Origin: an uncultured Planctomycetaceae bacterium
GTDB lineage: Bacteria > Planctomycetota > Phycisphaerae > Phycisphaerales > Zrk34
Length of the DNA: 53,871 nt
Direction of reading: 5' to 3'
Assembly (NCBI GenBank): GCA_964473545.1
Contig: CAYYPN010000001.1
Span: 1 to 53,871, forward strand
In this document: positions 34,711 through 43,671 of the stretch, in pieces
How positions within the stretch are numbered: position 1 is the stretch's first letter
Layout: each line of letters begins with the position of its first letter
Notes under the pieces: generated by a model
The model's database searches: none
What the model saw: the letters and a program-made list of their open reading frames with translations, nothing else
What the model was told of the DNA's origin: nothing
Made by a program: the position numbers and the translations under genes

Positions 34711-35739
34711 ATGGCAGTGAAGATTGAAAAAGCCGACGACCTGACCGGACTCCGCAAGTCCGCTGTCCTCCTGCTCAGCATCGACCAGGAGATCGCCTCC
34801 ATGCTGCTCAGGCAGATGGATGCGGCGACGGTCGAAGAGGTCAGCCGCGAACTGGCGTCGATCTCCAGCGTCGCCGCCGACGTCCGCACCAAGGTTGTCC
34901 GCGAGTTTTACGACATGATCCTCGCCCAGGCCTGGGTCACCGAAGGCGGGCTCGAATACGCCACGGCCCTGCTCAAAAAGAGCATGGACCCCGGCACCGC
35001 CGAGCAGATCATCCAGCAGGTTTCGCAGACCGTGCAGCAGACCCCCTTCGCCTTCCTCCAGAAGGCCGAGTCCGATCACCTGCTCACGTTCATCCAGGAC
35101 GAACACCCGCAGACCATCGCCCTGATCGTCAGCCACCTGCCTTACCACAAGTCGGCGGAGATTCTGTCCGGCCTGCCTGCGCAGAAACAGATCGAGGTCA
35201 TCAAGCGCATCGCCAACATGGAGCAGACCAACCCCGAGGTCATCCGCGAAGTCGAGCGCGGCCTCGAATCGCGCCTCTCGAACATGCTCACCCAGCGCCT
35301 GGAAAAAACCGGCGGCGTCGACACCGTCGCTGAGGTGCTCAACCTCGTCGATCGTTCCACCGAGAAGGGCATCCTCGAAGGTCTGGAAACCGACGACCCG
35401 GACCTGGTCGAAGCGATCCGTCGCCTGATGTTCGTCTTCGAGGATATCCTGCTGGTCAACGACAAGGGCATCCAGTCCGTGCTCAAGGAGATCGACAACG
35501 ACGAACTGGCGCTGGCGCTGAAGACCGCCAGCGACGAGCTCAAGGAGAAGATCTTCAAGAACATGTCCGAGCGCGCGGCCGAACTCATCAAGGAAGACAT
35601 GGAATACATGGGGCCGGTGCGGGTCAGCGACGTCGAGGCGGCCCAGCAGCGGATCGTGGACGTGGTCCGTCGTCTCGAGGAAGCCGGCGAGATCGTGATC
35701 GCCGGCCGCGGCGGCGGCGGTGGCGACATCATTGTGTAG
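34711..35739 (+). CDS. fliG: Flagellar motor switch protein FliG
   Basis: LTGLRKSAVLLLSIDQEIASMLLRQM, HPQTIALIVSHL and the C-terminal MSERAAELIKEDMEYMGPVRVSDVEAAQQRIV are canonical FliG. Confidence 0.95.
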   Translation: MAVKIEKADDLTGLRKSAVLLLSIDQEIASMLLRQMDAATVEEVSRELASISSVAADVRTKVVREFYDMILAQAWVTEGGLEYATALLKKSMDPGTAEQIIQQVSQTVQQTPFAFLQKAESDHLLTFIQDEHPQTIALIVSHLPYHKSAEILSGLPAQKQIEVIKRIANMEQTNPEVIREVERGLESRLSNMLTQRLEKTGGVDTVAEVLNLVDRSTEKGILEGLETDDPDLVEAIRRLMFVFEDILLVNDKGIQSVLKEIDNDELALALKTASDELKEKIFKNMSERAAELIKEDMEYMGPVRVSDVEAAQQRIVDVVRRLEEAGEIVIAGRGGGGGDIIV

Positions 35740-35742
35740 GAG

Positions 35743-35819
35743 AGCGAATCGCGAATCGCGAAAAGCGAATAGATCAACGTCACGTACACCTATTCGCTAT
35801 TGGCTATTCGCCATTCGCT
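35743..35819 (+). repeat. Long imperfect hairpin built from 7-nt repeats (GCGAATC x4 / CTATTCG x4) between fliG and fliH
   Basis: The 30-nt arms are 35743-35772 and 35790-35819. By my manual alignment 26 of 30 positions are complementary, with a 17-nt loop. Confidence 0.7.
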
Positions 35820-35826
35820 GGCATTC

Positions 35827-36567
35827 ATGCCCTTACTTAAAGAACAGAACGCCGACCTGGTTCAGCATGAGGCGATCGTGCTGGACCTGGGCGACTTGCG
35901 CAAGCAGGCGGAGCAGATCAAGCGCAAGGCGCGGGCCGAAGCGGCGCAGTTGCTGCAGGCGGCGCGCGAGGAAGCGGCGCGGCTGACTGCTGAGGCGGCC
36001 GACACCGGTCGTACCGAAGGCCTGGAGCAGGGCCGCGCCCAGGGCCTGGAAGAAGGGCGTCAGGCCGGCCATGCCGAGGCGTTGCAGCAGACCAGCGCAG
36101 CGATCGCCACGTTGCAGGCCGGTTGGACCGAGGCGCTGGCCGGGTTTGAAGCCGAACGTTCGCAGATGATGCTCGAAGCCCGCCAGTCGATGCTCGAACT
36201 GGCCATCGCCATCGCGGCCAAGGTCGTCAAGCGCATGCCGCAGGTCGACCCTGCGGTGGTCACCGACCAACTGGCCGCGGCGATCGACCAGATGGCGCGG
36301 CCGGCGGACGCGTCGATTCACGTCCACCCCGAGGATCGCCCGCTGGCCGAGGAGGCGCTGGCCGAACTCGCCGCCCAGGCCGACACGCTCCAGCACGTGC
36401 GCTGGGTGGAGGATGCGACGCTGGCGCGCGGCGGATGCAGGGTCACCTACGGCCGGGCGTGCATCGACGCCACGCTCGATCGTCAACTCCAGCGCATCGT
36501 CGAGGCGCTGTTGCCGAGCCAGACCGGCGAGGAGGACGCGCAGGCGTCCGACGGGAGTGATGCATGA
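35827..36567 (+). CDS. fliH: Flagellar assembly protein FliH
   Basis: Ala/Glu/Arg-rich coiled N-terminal half and a FliH-type C-terminal domain (GGCRVTYGRACIDATLDRQL). Lies between fliG and fliI. ATG 35827 was preferred over TTG 35800, which lies inside the hairpin. Confidence 0.75.
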   Translation: MPLLKEQNADLVQHEAIVLDLGDLRKQAEQIKRKARAEAAQLLQAAREEAARLTAEAADTGRTEGLEQGRAQGLEEGRQAGHAEALQQTSAAIATLQAGWTEALAGFEAERSQMMLEARQSMLELAIAIAAKVVKRMPQVDPAVVTDQLAAAIDQMARPADASIHVHPEDRPLAEEALAELAAQADTLQHVRWVEDATLARGGCRVTYGRACIDATLDRQLQRIVEALLPSQTGEEDAQASDGSDA

Positions 36568-37946
36568 CGCTGTTTGGCGAGACGCTGGCGCGGCTGGATG
36601 ACCTGCAGCCGCTGGAGTTGTGCGGATCGGTCAGCGAGGTGCGCGGGCTGAGCCTGCTCGTGGACGATCTGCCGCTGCCGATCGGCGCGATGGTCGAGGT
36701 GCTCGGCCGACGCCAGGCACGCGGTGACGGGCGCATCGGCGAGGTGGTCGGGTTCGACGACGACCGCACGATCGTGATGTTGCTGGGGTTTGCCGGCGGG
36801 ATCAGTCGCGGCGATCGCGTGTTCGGGCTGCAACCCTCGGCCACGGCGCCGGTGGGACGCGAGTTGCTCGGGCGCGTGGTCAATGCCCTGGGCAACCCGA
36901 TCGACCGCAAGGGCCCGGTGCGCGAACTGGTGCAGCGGCCGATTCTGCCCGACCCGATCGACCCGATGCAGCGTGTGCCGATCGATCAGCCGCTGGGTAC
37001 GGGCGTGCGGGCGCTGGACACGATGCTCACCGTCGGTCGCGGCCAACGGCTGGGCATCTTCAGCGGACCCGGCGTGGGCAAGAGCACGTTGCTCGGTCAG
37101 GTCGCCCGCAACACCGACGCCGACGTATCGGTCATCGCCCTGGTCGGCGAGCGCGGCCGGGAGGTCAGCGACTTTCTCGCCCGGTCGCTGGGGCCGGAAG
37201 GGTTGGCGCGCAGCGTGGTCGTGGTGGCCACGGGTGACGAGCCGGCGCCTTTGCGGGCCCGCGCGGCGATGTACGCCCTGACCGTGGCCGAGTTCTTCCG
37301 TGACCAGGGGCGCGACGTGGTGTTGTTCATGGACTCGCTGACGCGGTTCTGCCAGGCGCAGCGCCAGATCGGCCTGGCCGTGGGCGAACCCCCGGCGACG
37401 AAAGGCTACACGCCCAGCGTGTTCGCGCTGTTGCCGACGTTGATCGAACGCTGCGGCCGCACCACCGGCGGGTCGATCACCGGGTTCTACACCATCCTCG
37501 TCGAAGGCGACGACCTGACCGAGCCGGTCTCCGACGCGGTCCGCGGTGTGCTCGACGGCCACGTCATCCTGTCGAGGGACCTGGCCAACCGCGGTCACTG
37601 GCCGGCCATCGACGTGCTGCAATCGATCAGCCGCCTGGCCAACGACGTCGTGGACGACCAACACCGCCAGGCCCGCCAGCAGGTCGTGCGCATGGTCAGC
37701 CTCTACCGCGACATCGAGGACCTGATCAACATCGGCGCCTACGCCCCCGGGACCAATCCGCAGAACGACCTGGCCATCGAGGTCAAGGACACGGTCGACC
37801 AACTGCTGATGCAGAGCTTCGACCGAACCAGCGATTTCAAAACCAATCGCCAGCAGTTGCTCGCGCTCGGCACGGCGATTGCGGAGAAGGCCAAGCAGCT
37901 CAACCGGCAACGGACCGGCGGCGCCGCCGCGCAGTCTAATGCCTGA
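36564..37946 (+). CDS. fliI: Flagellum-specific ATP synthase FliI
   Basis: Walker A GPGVGKST and Walker B VVLFMDSLTR are present, in an F1/T3SS ATPase fold. ATGA overlap with fliH. Confidence 0.95.
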   Translation: MTLFGETLARLDDLQPLELCGSVSEVRGLSLLVDDLPLPIGAMVEVLGRRQARGDGRIGEVVGFDDDRTIVMLLGFAGGISRGDRVFGLQPSATAPVGRELLGRVVNALGNPIDRKGPVRELVQRPILPDPIDPMQRVPIDQPLGTGVRALDTMLTVGRGQRLGIFSGPGVGKSTLLGQVARNTDADVSVIALVGERGREVSDFLARSLGPEGLARSVVVVATGDEPAPLRARAAMYALTVAEFFRDQGRDVVLFMDSLTRFCQAQRQIGLAVGEPPATKGYTPSVFALLPTLIERCGRTTGGSITGFYTILVEGDDLTEPVSDAVRGVLDGHVILSRDLANRGHWPAIDVLQSISRLANDVVDDQHRQARQQVVRMVSLYRDIEDLINIGAYAPGTNPQNDLAIEVKDTVDQLLMQSFDRTSDFKTNRQQLLALGTAIAEKAKQLNRQRTGGAAAQSNA

Positions 37947-37966
37947 ACCCATGGACCCAGCCACGG

Positions 37967-38422
37967 ATGGCACGATTCGTTTTCAAACTCGAGTCCGTCC
38001 TGCGCCACCGCCAGTCGGTCGAGGACCAGTGTCAGCGCCGCCTGGCCGAGTTGTTGGGTGAGCAGACGACCTATCGCCAACAACTGGAAAACCAGCAGCA
38101 AACGATCCGTGACGACAAGCGGACCATGGCCGATTCGCTGGTGGGCCAGGTCGACCTCGGCCGCATCCGCGGCCACGCCTCTTACGTGCACCAGTCCACC
38201 GTCCGGGCCCAGCAGATCGCGTTCAAGCTGATCGAGCTCAACCGCCGCATCGAGACGGCGCGGGGCGAGTTGGCCGAGGCGGTGCGGCAGCGTAAGGCGG
38301 TGCAGGTTTTGCGCGATCGGCAATATCGGCGCTGGCTGGAGGGCGAGAAACGGCGCGAGGCGGCCGAACTCGATGAACTGGGCATGCAGGCCTACCGTCG
38401 CCGGCAGGAGGCGCTGACATGA
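37967..38422 (+). CDS. fliJ: Flagellar export protein FliJ
   Basis: 151-aa coiled-coil protein (FKLESVLRHRQSVEDQCQRRLAE...) immediately after fliI. Confidence 0.75.
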   Translation: MARFVFKLESVLRHRQSVEDQCQRRLAELLGEQTTYRQQLENQQQTIRDDKRTMADSLVGQVDLGRIRGHASYVHQSTVRAQQIAFKLIELNRRIETARGELAEAVRQRKAVQVLRDRQYRRWLEGEKRREAAELDELGMQAYRRRQEALT

Positions 38423-39123
38423 AAAACGCCTATCACGCCATCGCGGCTCTGGCGATCCTGCACGTCGTGTTGGCGGTCGGTCTTGTCGGTTGGCTGGCGG
38501 GGACCGGGCGCATCAATCGGGAACGTGTTGACGCGGTCGTCGACATTTTCCAACCGACCATCGCGGCGGAACAGGCCGAAGCCGAACGCGCCGCCGAACT
38601 CGAAGCCCAGGCCCAGGCCCAGGCCGAGCGGCAGGCCCGCCTCACCGGCGCGGGCGGCCTGGCGTCGACCGCGGAAAAACTCGTCACCGAGCAACGCCGC
38701 AACGAACTGATCCTCCGCCAGCTCGAACGCACCCGCCGCGAAATCGAGTCGCTGTCGACCAACCTCCACCTGGCCCGGCAACACATGGAACGCCAGCGCG
38801 AGGAACTGCTGGACAACCGCAAGGAACTGCAGCAACGCCTGGCGTCGATCGAAAACCGCCTCAACGACGAAGGCTTCAAGAAAACCGTGCGGTTATACGA
38901 GACCCTGCCGGCCAAACAGGTCAAGCAGATGTTCGCCGACCTGATGGACGGCGGCCAGACCGACCAGGTCGTGGCGTACATCGAAGCGATGCAGCCGCGT
39001 AACGCCGCGTCGGTGTTGAAGGAATTCAAGGAGCCGCAGGAGATCGAACGCGCGGTCGAGTTGACCGAGCGCCTGCGCGCCCGTGGGTCGGACCTTGTCC
39101 AGCAAGTGGAGAACACCGGGTGA
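38419..39123 (+). CDS. Flagellar operon protein with an MgtE_N-like domain (MotE/YlxF/FlbB-like)
   Basis: N-terminal TM, coiled coil, then LYETLPAKQVKQMFADLMDG...IEAMQPRNAASVL, which is MgtE intracellular-N style. Same slot as ylxF in Bacillus-type fla operons. ATGA overlap with fliJ. Confidence 0.6.
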   Translation: MKNAYHAIAALAILHVVLAVGLVGWLAGTGRINRERVDAVVDIFQPTIAAEQAEAERAAELEAQAQAQAERQARLTGAGGLASTAEKLVTEQRRNELILRQLERTRREIESLSTNLHLARQHMERQREELLDNRKELQQRLASIENRLNDEGFKKTVRLYETLPAKQVKQMFADLMDGGQTDQVVAYIEAMQPRNAASVLKEFKEPQEIERAVELTERLRARGSDLVQQVENTG

Positions 39124-40655
39124 AGATCGACACCGCCACACTGAACAAGCTCGCGCATGGCTCGGACCCGTCCTCGACGTCGCGCGCCAAGGGTGACAGC
39201 AAGGCGTTCGGCCAGTTGCTCGACCGAGTCGGCCGCAACCACACCGAGCGTTCCCGTAAGCCCGAGTCGACCGAGACGGCGCGCCGAGACAAGACTTCGG
39301 ACCAGGGCGACGATCGCGTCGAAGCCCACGACAGCGAGCGATCGAACAAGTCCGAAGGCAAGGCGACGGCCGAATCCCGCGATGTGCGGACCCAGCCCGA
39401 CAAGCCCTCGGCCGAACAGCAGAAGCCGACGGATCAGGATCAGTCCAACGACTCGCCCAAGCCGAAGACCGAAACGAATGAAGGCGGCGAGGATCAAGCG
39501 CAGGTGGACGTCGGTCCGGTCGAGCCGAAGGTCACCGCGCAACCGATCGCGAACACGACGACCGGCTCGACGCCGCAAGCATCGAACCAGGCCGCCCGTC
39601 AACCGGCGCCCCAGTCCGTGGCGACGATGGCTGCCCAGCCGGTTCAACGCCAACCCGCGCTGCAGCAGACCGACGCGGAGGCCGACGAAGCCGAAGGCGA
39701 GGGCCAGACAACGAAAGCCGCTGACAAGTCCAGGCCCGCCCCCTCGGCGAACAGCGAGAAACCCATCCACCCGGCACCCGTGCAGCCGGCCGAAGGAGAC
39801 GCGACACGCTCCGTCGAAGCTTCGGCACAGGCGGGCAACCGACCCCAAACGCAGAATGCAACGCCGGCGCAGCCGGCGCCCGAGTCTTCGGGTCAATCAA
39901 CGACGACGGCAAGCGAATCGATCGTCATGTCATCCGATACCGCCGGCACGTCGGCCGACACGCAACAGCGCGACGGTAATGCGTCGAACGACGACGCCCA
40001 GCGTCAGCCCGCGCGGGTAACCCCACGTGTCGACACGGCCACGAACCTCAACAGCCAGACCACCTTCCAACCGACCGCCGATCCCGGCACGACCGGGCCC
40101 GTGGTTGAAGTGACGCCCTCGACCGCCGCAACCAGCACCACCACGGTGTCACCCTCGGCTTCGACGCCGACGTTTGTGCCGACCGATGCGTCGTCGAACG
40201 CCGACCCGGTGGTGGATCGCGCGGTGCGCGGATTGAGTTCGGTCATGGCCCAGCGCGGGGGGACGGTGACCTTGCGGTTGAATCCGCCGGAGTTGGGTTC
40301 GCTGCGGATCGACGTTCGTTTTGTCGACGGATCGGTGCAGGCGCGGTTCCAGGCGTCGAGCATGGCCGCGGGCACGGTGTTGCAGCAGCACATGTCCACG
40401 TTGCGCAGCGCGCTGGAATCCCAGGGCCTGAACGTCGAACACCTGCAGGTTCACGCTCCGAACGGCACAACCGCGACCCACGCCGGCAACGCCGGTCAGC
40501 AGACCGGCCAACAGGACGCCCAGAACGCGCCCAACGACGGGCGCAGCCGCGGCTTTACACAGGACGGGTCCAACGGCTCGTCGCCACAGGATCAACCAAC
40601 CCACGACCAGCGTCGCCGCCGCTTCGAGCAGGCGTTGCTCGACCTGGTCGCGTAA
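39120..40655 (+). CDS. fliK: Flagellar hook-length control protein FliK
   Basis: Long low-complexity N-terminal part plus a C-terminal Flg_hook domain (GGTVTLRLNPPELGSLRIDVRFVDGSVQARFQA). GTGA overlap with the preceding gene. Confidence 0.85.
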   Translation: MKIDTATLNKLAHGSDPSSTSRAKGDSKAFGQLLDRVGRNHTERSRKPESTETARRDKTSDQGDDRVEAHDSERSNKSEGKATAESRDVRTQPDKPSAEQQKPTDQDQSNDSPKPKTETNEGGEDQAQVDVGPVEPKVTAQPIANTTTGSTPQASNQAARQPAPQSVATMAAQPVQRQPALQQTDAEADEAEGEGQTTKAADKSRPAPSANSEKPIHPAPVQPAEGDATRSVEASAQAGNRPQTQNATPAQPAPESSGQSTTTASESIVMSSDTAGTSADTQQRDGNASNDDAQRQPARVTPRVDTATNLNSQTTFQPTADPGTTGPVVEVTPSTAATSTTTVSPSASTPTFVPTDASSNADPVVDRAVRGLSSVMAQRGGTVTLRLNPPELGSLRIDVRFVDGSVQARFQASSMAAGTVLQQHMSTLRSALESQGLNVEHLQVHAPNGTTATHAGNAGQQTGQQDAQNAPNDGRSRGFTQDGSNGSSPQDQPTHDQRRRRFEQALLDLVA

Positions 40656-40673
40656 CACGAAGGAGGCCTTGCC

Positions 40674-41096
40674 ATGAGTGTCGGAGCAATCGATGCCGCA
40701 TCCACCGTGGGCACCAGCCGCGGGTTCGCCGAACTCAGCAGCGAACAGTTCATGAACGTGTTGATCACCGAGCTTCAGAACCAGGACCCGCTCGATCCGC
40801 AGGATACGACGGCCCTGCTGGAACAGCTCAGCTCGCTGCGCAGCATCGAAAGCCAGAGCAACCTGCAGGAGCGCCTGGCGGACCTGGTCAAGCAGAACGA
40901 GGTTTCCGCGGCCAGCAACATGATCGGCAAGCTCGTCCAGGGCGTCGACTCGACCAACTCCAACACGGTGGGGCTGGTCACGTCGGTGCGCGTGACGAAC
41001 GAGGGCGTGTTCCTGGAACTGGACAACGGGCGGACCATGTCGATGAACCAGGTGGCGGCGATCACCGAGGCGAATCCGATTGAGGTGGAGGCTTAA
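40674..41096 (+). CDS. flgD: Flagellar hook capping/assembly protein FlgD
   Basis: FMNVLITELQNQDPLDPQDTTALLEQLSSLRSIE is the FlgD N-terminal signature. Confidence 0.9.
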   Translation: MSVGAIDAASTVGTSRGFAELSSEQFMNVLITELQNQDPLDPQDTTALLEQLSSLRSIESQSNLQERLADLVKQNEVSAASNMIGKLVQGVDSTNSNTVGLVTSVRVTNEGVFLELDNGRTMSMNQVAAITEANPIEVEA

Positions 41097-41102
41097 GCGG
41101 CG

Positions 41103-41537
41103 ATGAGCGGCGAGGCGCGGCTATTGCGGATGCTGGAGCCGACGGTGCGGCCGATGGGCTCGCCGTCGCCGGGCATTCAGCCGCGCGGCGCGGTCGAGGG
41201 TCTGAGTTTCGACGAAGTGCTGCGCCAGACGGAAAGCGCCCAGCCGCTGCGGATCACGCCCGCCGCCCAGGAGAGCCTCGACGAGATGGGCATCGAGATC
41301 GATGAGGATCGCCTGGCCGCGCTCGGCCGGGCGACGACCCACGCCGGCGACGCCGGGGCGCGACGTGCCCTGGTGCTCAGCGACGGCCTGGCCGCGGTCG
41401 TGGATGTGGATGATCGGATCATGACCGAGGCGATGAGCGAAGAACAAATGCGTGAACAAGTGGTGACGAACATTGATGCGGCGATATGGGCCGAGGCTTC
41501 GGCGCCGGCGCCGGCATCCAGCCGGTTGCGGTTGTAA
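41103..41537 (+). CDS. Small flagellar operon protein (TIGR02530-like by position between flgD and flgE)
   Basis: 144-aa ORF tightly packed between flgD and flgE. The assignment rests mainly on synteny with Firmicutes/Thermotoga-type operons, not on a motif I can verify. Confidence 0.45.
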   Translation: MSGEARLLRMLEPTVRPMGSPSPGIQPRGAVEGLSFDEVLRQTESAQPLRITPAAQESLDEMGIEIDEDRLAALGRATTHAGDAGARRALVLSDGLAAVVDVDDRIMTEAMSEEQMREQVVTNIDAAIWAEASAPAPASSRLRL

Positions 41538-41562
41538 GCACACAAAAAGAAGGAGCCAGACC

Positions 41563-43332
41563 ATGGCATTGACCGGAGCATTCTTCACGGGTCTGAGCGG
41601 GATGGACGCCAACTCCCGCAGCATCGACGTGATCGGTAACAATATCGCCAACGTGAACACGCCGGCCTACAAGGCCAACCGCGCCCAGTTCACCAGCCAG
41701 TTTCTCCAGACCCTCAGTTCCGGCTCGCCGCCCTCCGGGACGTCCGGTGGCACCAACCCGGTGCAGTTCGGCCTGGGCACGCGCGTCGTCGGCGTCCAGA
41801 CCGATTTCACCAACGGCGGCGTCCAGTCCACCGGCATCGCCACCCACATGGCCATCGAGGGCAACGGCTACTTCGTCGTCAACCAGGCCGGCAGCGAGTA
41901 CTTCACCCGCAGCGGGCAGTTCGCCCTCAACAGTGAAAACCGTCTGGTCACTCCAACCGGGGGCCTCGTGCAGGGCTTCGGCGTCGATACCAACTTCAAT
42001 GTGCAGACCGGCGTGTTGTCCGACCTGACGATTCCGCTGGGGTCGCTGACCATCGCCGAGGCGACCGCCAACGCCAACTTCGAGGGCAACCTCAATGCGT
42101 CGGGTCCGCTGTCCAGCGGCGGATCGGTTCACACCAGCCGCGCTTTTTTCACCGACGCGGCGCTCACCCCGGGCAATGAAGTCACCGGCGCCGAAGACCT
42201 CACCGCCATCGGCAATGACCTGTACATCAGCGATGGCGCCGGCGGCTCGTTCATGGCCATCGAAGGCGGCTCCGACGCCGTCATCACCGTCAGCGGCATC
42301 GAGAAGGCCGGCCAGGTCCTCGAAAGCCGCAGCTTCGCCTTCAGCACCAACCCCGCCGTCACCTCCACCGTCGATGACAGCGGCACCACGCTCAACGACT
42401 ACATCGCGTTCCTCGACAGCATTCTCGGCACGGACGACACGTTGGTCGACGGCGTGGACCTCGGCGGGTCGGTCGCCCTCAACGCCTCGGGCCAGATCGA
42501 AATCACCGGCAACGAGGGCACCGTGCAGGACCTGGGCATGGAGACGGCCAACTTCGTCGCCAGCGGCGGCGCGGGCGTCAGCCAGCCCATGGTCATGAGC
42601 AAGACGCGTGATGCCGACGGCGAATCGGCGCGGACCACTTACACCGTGTTCGACTCGCTGGGCACGCCGCTGAGCGTCGACGTCACCTTCGTCAAGCAGG
42701 CCACCACCGCCGGCGGCGGCACCACCTGGCAGTGGATCGCCGAGTCCAACGACACCGATACGCTGGATCGCGTGCTGGGCTTCGGCACCGCGGATTTTGA
42801 TTCCAACGGCTTGTTCACCTCCGCCTCCAACCAGTCGTTCAGCCTGGCCCGGGACAACGGCGCCATCTCGCCCTTGACCGTGAACATGGTCTTCGACAAC
42901 GGCGTCGATTCCATCACCGCCCTGGCCGATACCAGCAGTGAACTGGCCGTCGTGCGCCAGGACGGCTCGCCGATCGGCACGCTCGACTCCTTCAGTGTCG
43001 GCGCCAACGGGCTGATCACCGGGACGTTCACCAACGGTCTGGCTCGCACCGTCGGCCAGGTCGCGCTGGCGTCGTTCGTGAATGACGAGGGCCTGGTCGG
43101 GGTCGGCGACAGCCTCTTCGAAACCGGCCCGAACAGCGGCAACCCGATCATCGGCGCTCCCACACAGTTCGGCGCCGGCCAGATCGTCTCCTCCGCCCTC
43201 GAACAGTCCAACGTCGACCTTGCCGAGGAGTTCGTCAACCTCATCAACGCCAGCACCGGTTTCAGCGCCAGCTCCCGCGTCATCACCACCAGCGATGAAT
43301 TGATCCAGCAACTGCTGACGATCGGGCTCTGA
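41563..43332 (+). CDS. flgE: Flagellar hook protein FlgE
   Basis: N-terminus FTGLSGMDANSRSIDVIGNNIANVNTPAYK and C-terminus LEQSNVDLAEEFVNLINASTGFSASSRVITTSDEL. AAGGAG lies upstream of ATG 41563. Confidence 0.95.
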   Translation: MALTGAFFTGLSGMDANSRSIDVIGNNIANVNTPAYKANRAQFTSQFLQTLSSGSPPSGTSGGTNPVQFGLGTRVVGVQTDFTNGGVQSTGIATHMAIEGNGYFVVNQAGSEYFTRSGQFALNSENRLVTPTGGLVQGFGVDTNFNVQTGVLSDLTIPLGSLTIAEATANANFEGNLNASGPLSSGGSVHTSRAFFTDAALTPGNEVTGAEDLTAIGNDLYISDGAGGSFMAIEGGSDAVITVSGIEKAGQVLESRSFAFSTNPAVTSTVDDSGTTLNDYIAFLDSILGTDDTLVDGVDLGGSVALNASGQIEITGNEGTVQDLGMETANFVASGGAGVSQPMVMSKTRDADGESARTTYTVFDSLGTPLSVDVTFVKQATTAGGGTTWQWIAESNDTDTLDRVLGFGTADFDSNGLFTSASNQSFSLARDNGAISPLTVNMVFDNGVDSITALADTSSELAVVRQDGSPIGTLDSFSVGANGLITGTFTNGLARTVGQVALASFVNDEGLVGVGDSLFETGPNSGNPIIGAPTQFGAGQIVSSALEQSNVDLAEEFVNLINASTGFSASSRVITTSDELIQQLLTIGL

Positions 43333-43361
43333 GGCATAACCGCACGAGCAGGTAGTTTCCG

Positions 43362-43559
43362 ATGATTACCTTAACGCGATTGAACGGCCAGCGATTCGTG
43401 GTGAACGCCGAACTTATCCGGACGGTCGAGGCATTGCCCGATACAACCGTCAGACTCATCAATGGCGATACGATCATCGTGTCCGAACCCATGGATGAGG
43501 TGGTCAACCGCGCGGTCGAATATGGCCGATCTTTACGTCGTCTGCTGCCGCCCAGCTAA
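43362..43559 (+). CDS. flbD: Flagellar protein FlbD
   Basis: MITLTRLNGQRFVVNAELIRTVEALPDTTVRLINGDTIIVSEPMDEV matches the FlbD family, and the gene sits before motA. Confidence 0.85.
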   Translation: MITLTRLNGQRFVVNAELIRTVEALPDTTVRLINGDTIIVSEPMDEVVNRAVEYGRSLRRLLPPS

Positions 43560-43587
43560 GACCCGTTGCGGTCCGGTTGGCATGCGT

Positions 43588-43614
43588 TAAGTCCTCATGG
43601 AGCATGGTCGATAT
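43588..43614 (+). promoter_or_regulatory. Sigma28 (FliA)-like promoter upstream of motA
   Basis: TAAGTCCT-N11-GTCGATAT compared with the consensus TAAAGTTT-N11-GCCGATAA. Lies 58 nt upstream of the motA ATG, in the 112-nt flbD-motA spacer. Confidence 0.45.
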
Positions 43615-43671
43615 GCACTGTGAGACGGCATGCGAACCGATCGGACCGCCAACGGTCGGCGGGAGTAGACG

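Noticed and set aside
32935-35148. 737-aa minus-strand ORF opposite fliF/fliG. Similar long antisense ORFs lie at 36483-37973, 38433-39896 and 41419-43311.
   Set aside because: All are antisense to well-supported flagellar genes and have the typical GC-rich spurious composition.
38560-38640. Hexamer repeats GCCCAG x3 and similar short tandem repeats inside genes (also in fliK, tonB and the 6718 ORF).
   Set aside because: They are in frame and simply encode low-complexity Ala/Gln, Pro-rich or Arg/Glu segments. They are not CRISPR-like or regulatory repeats.
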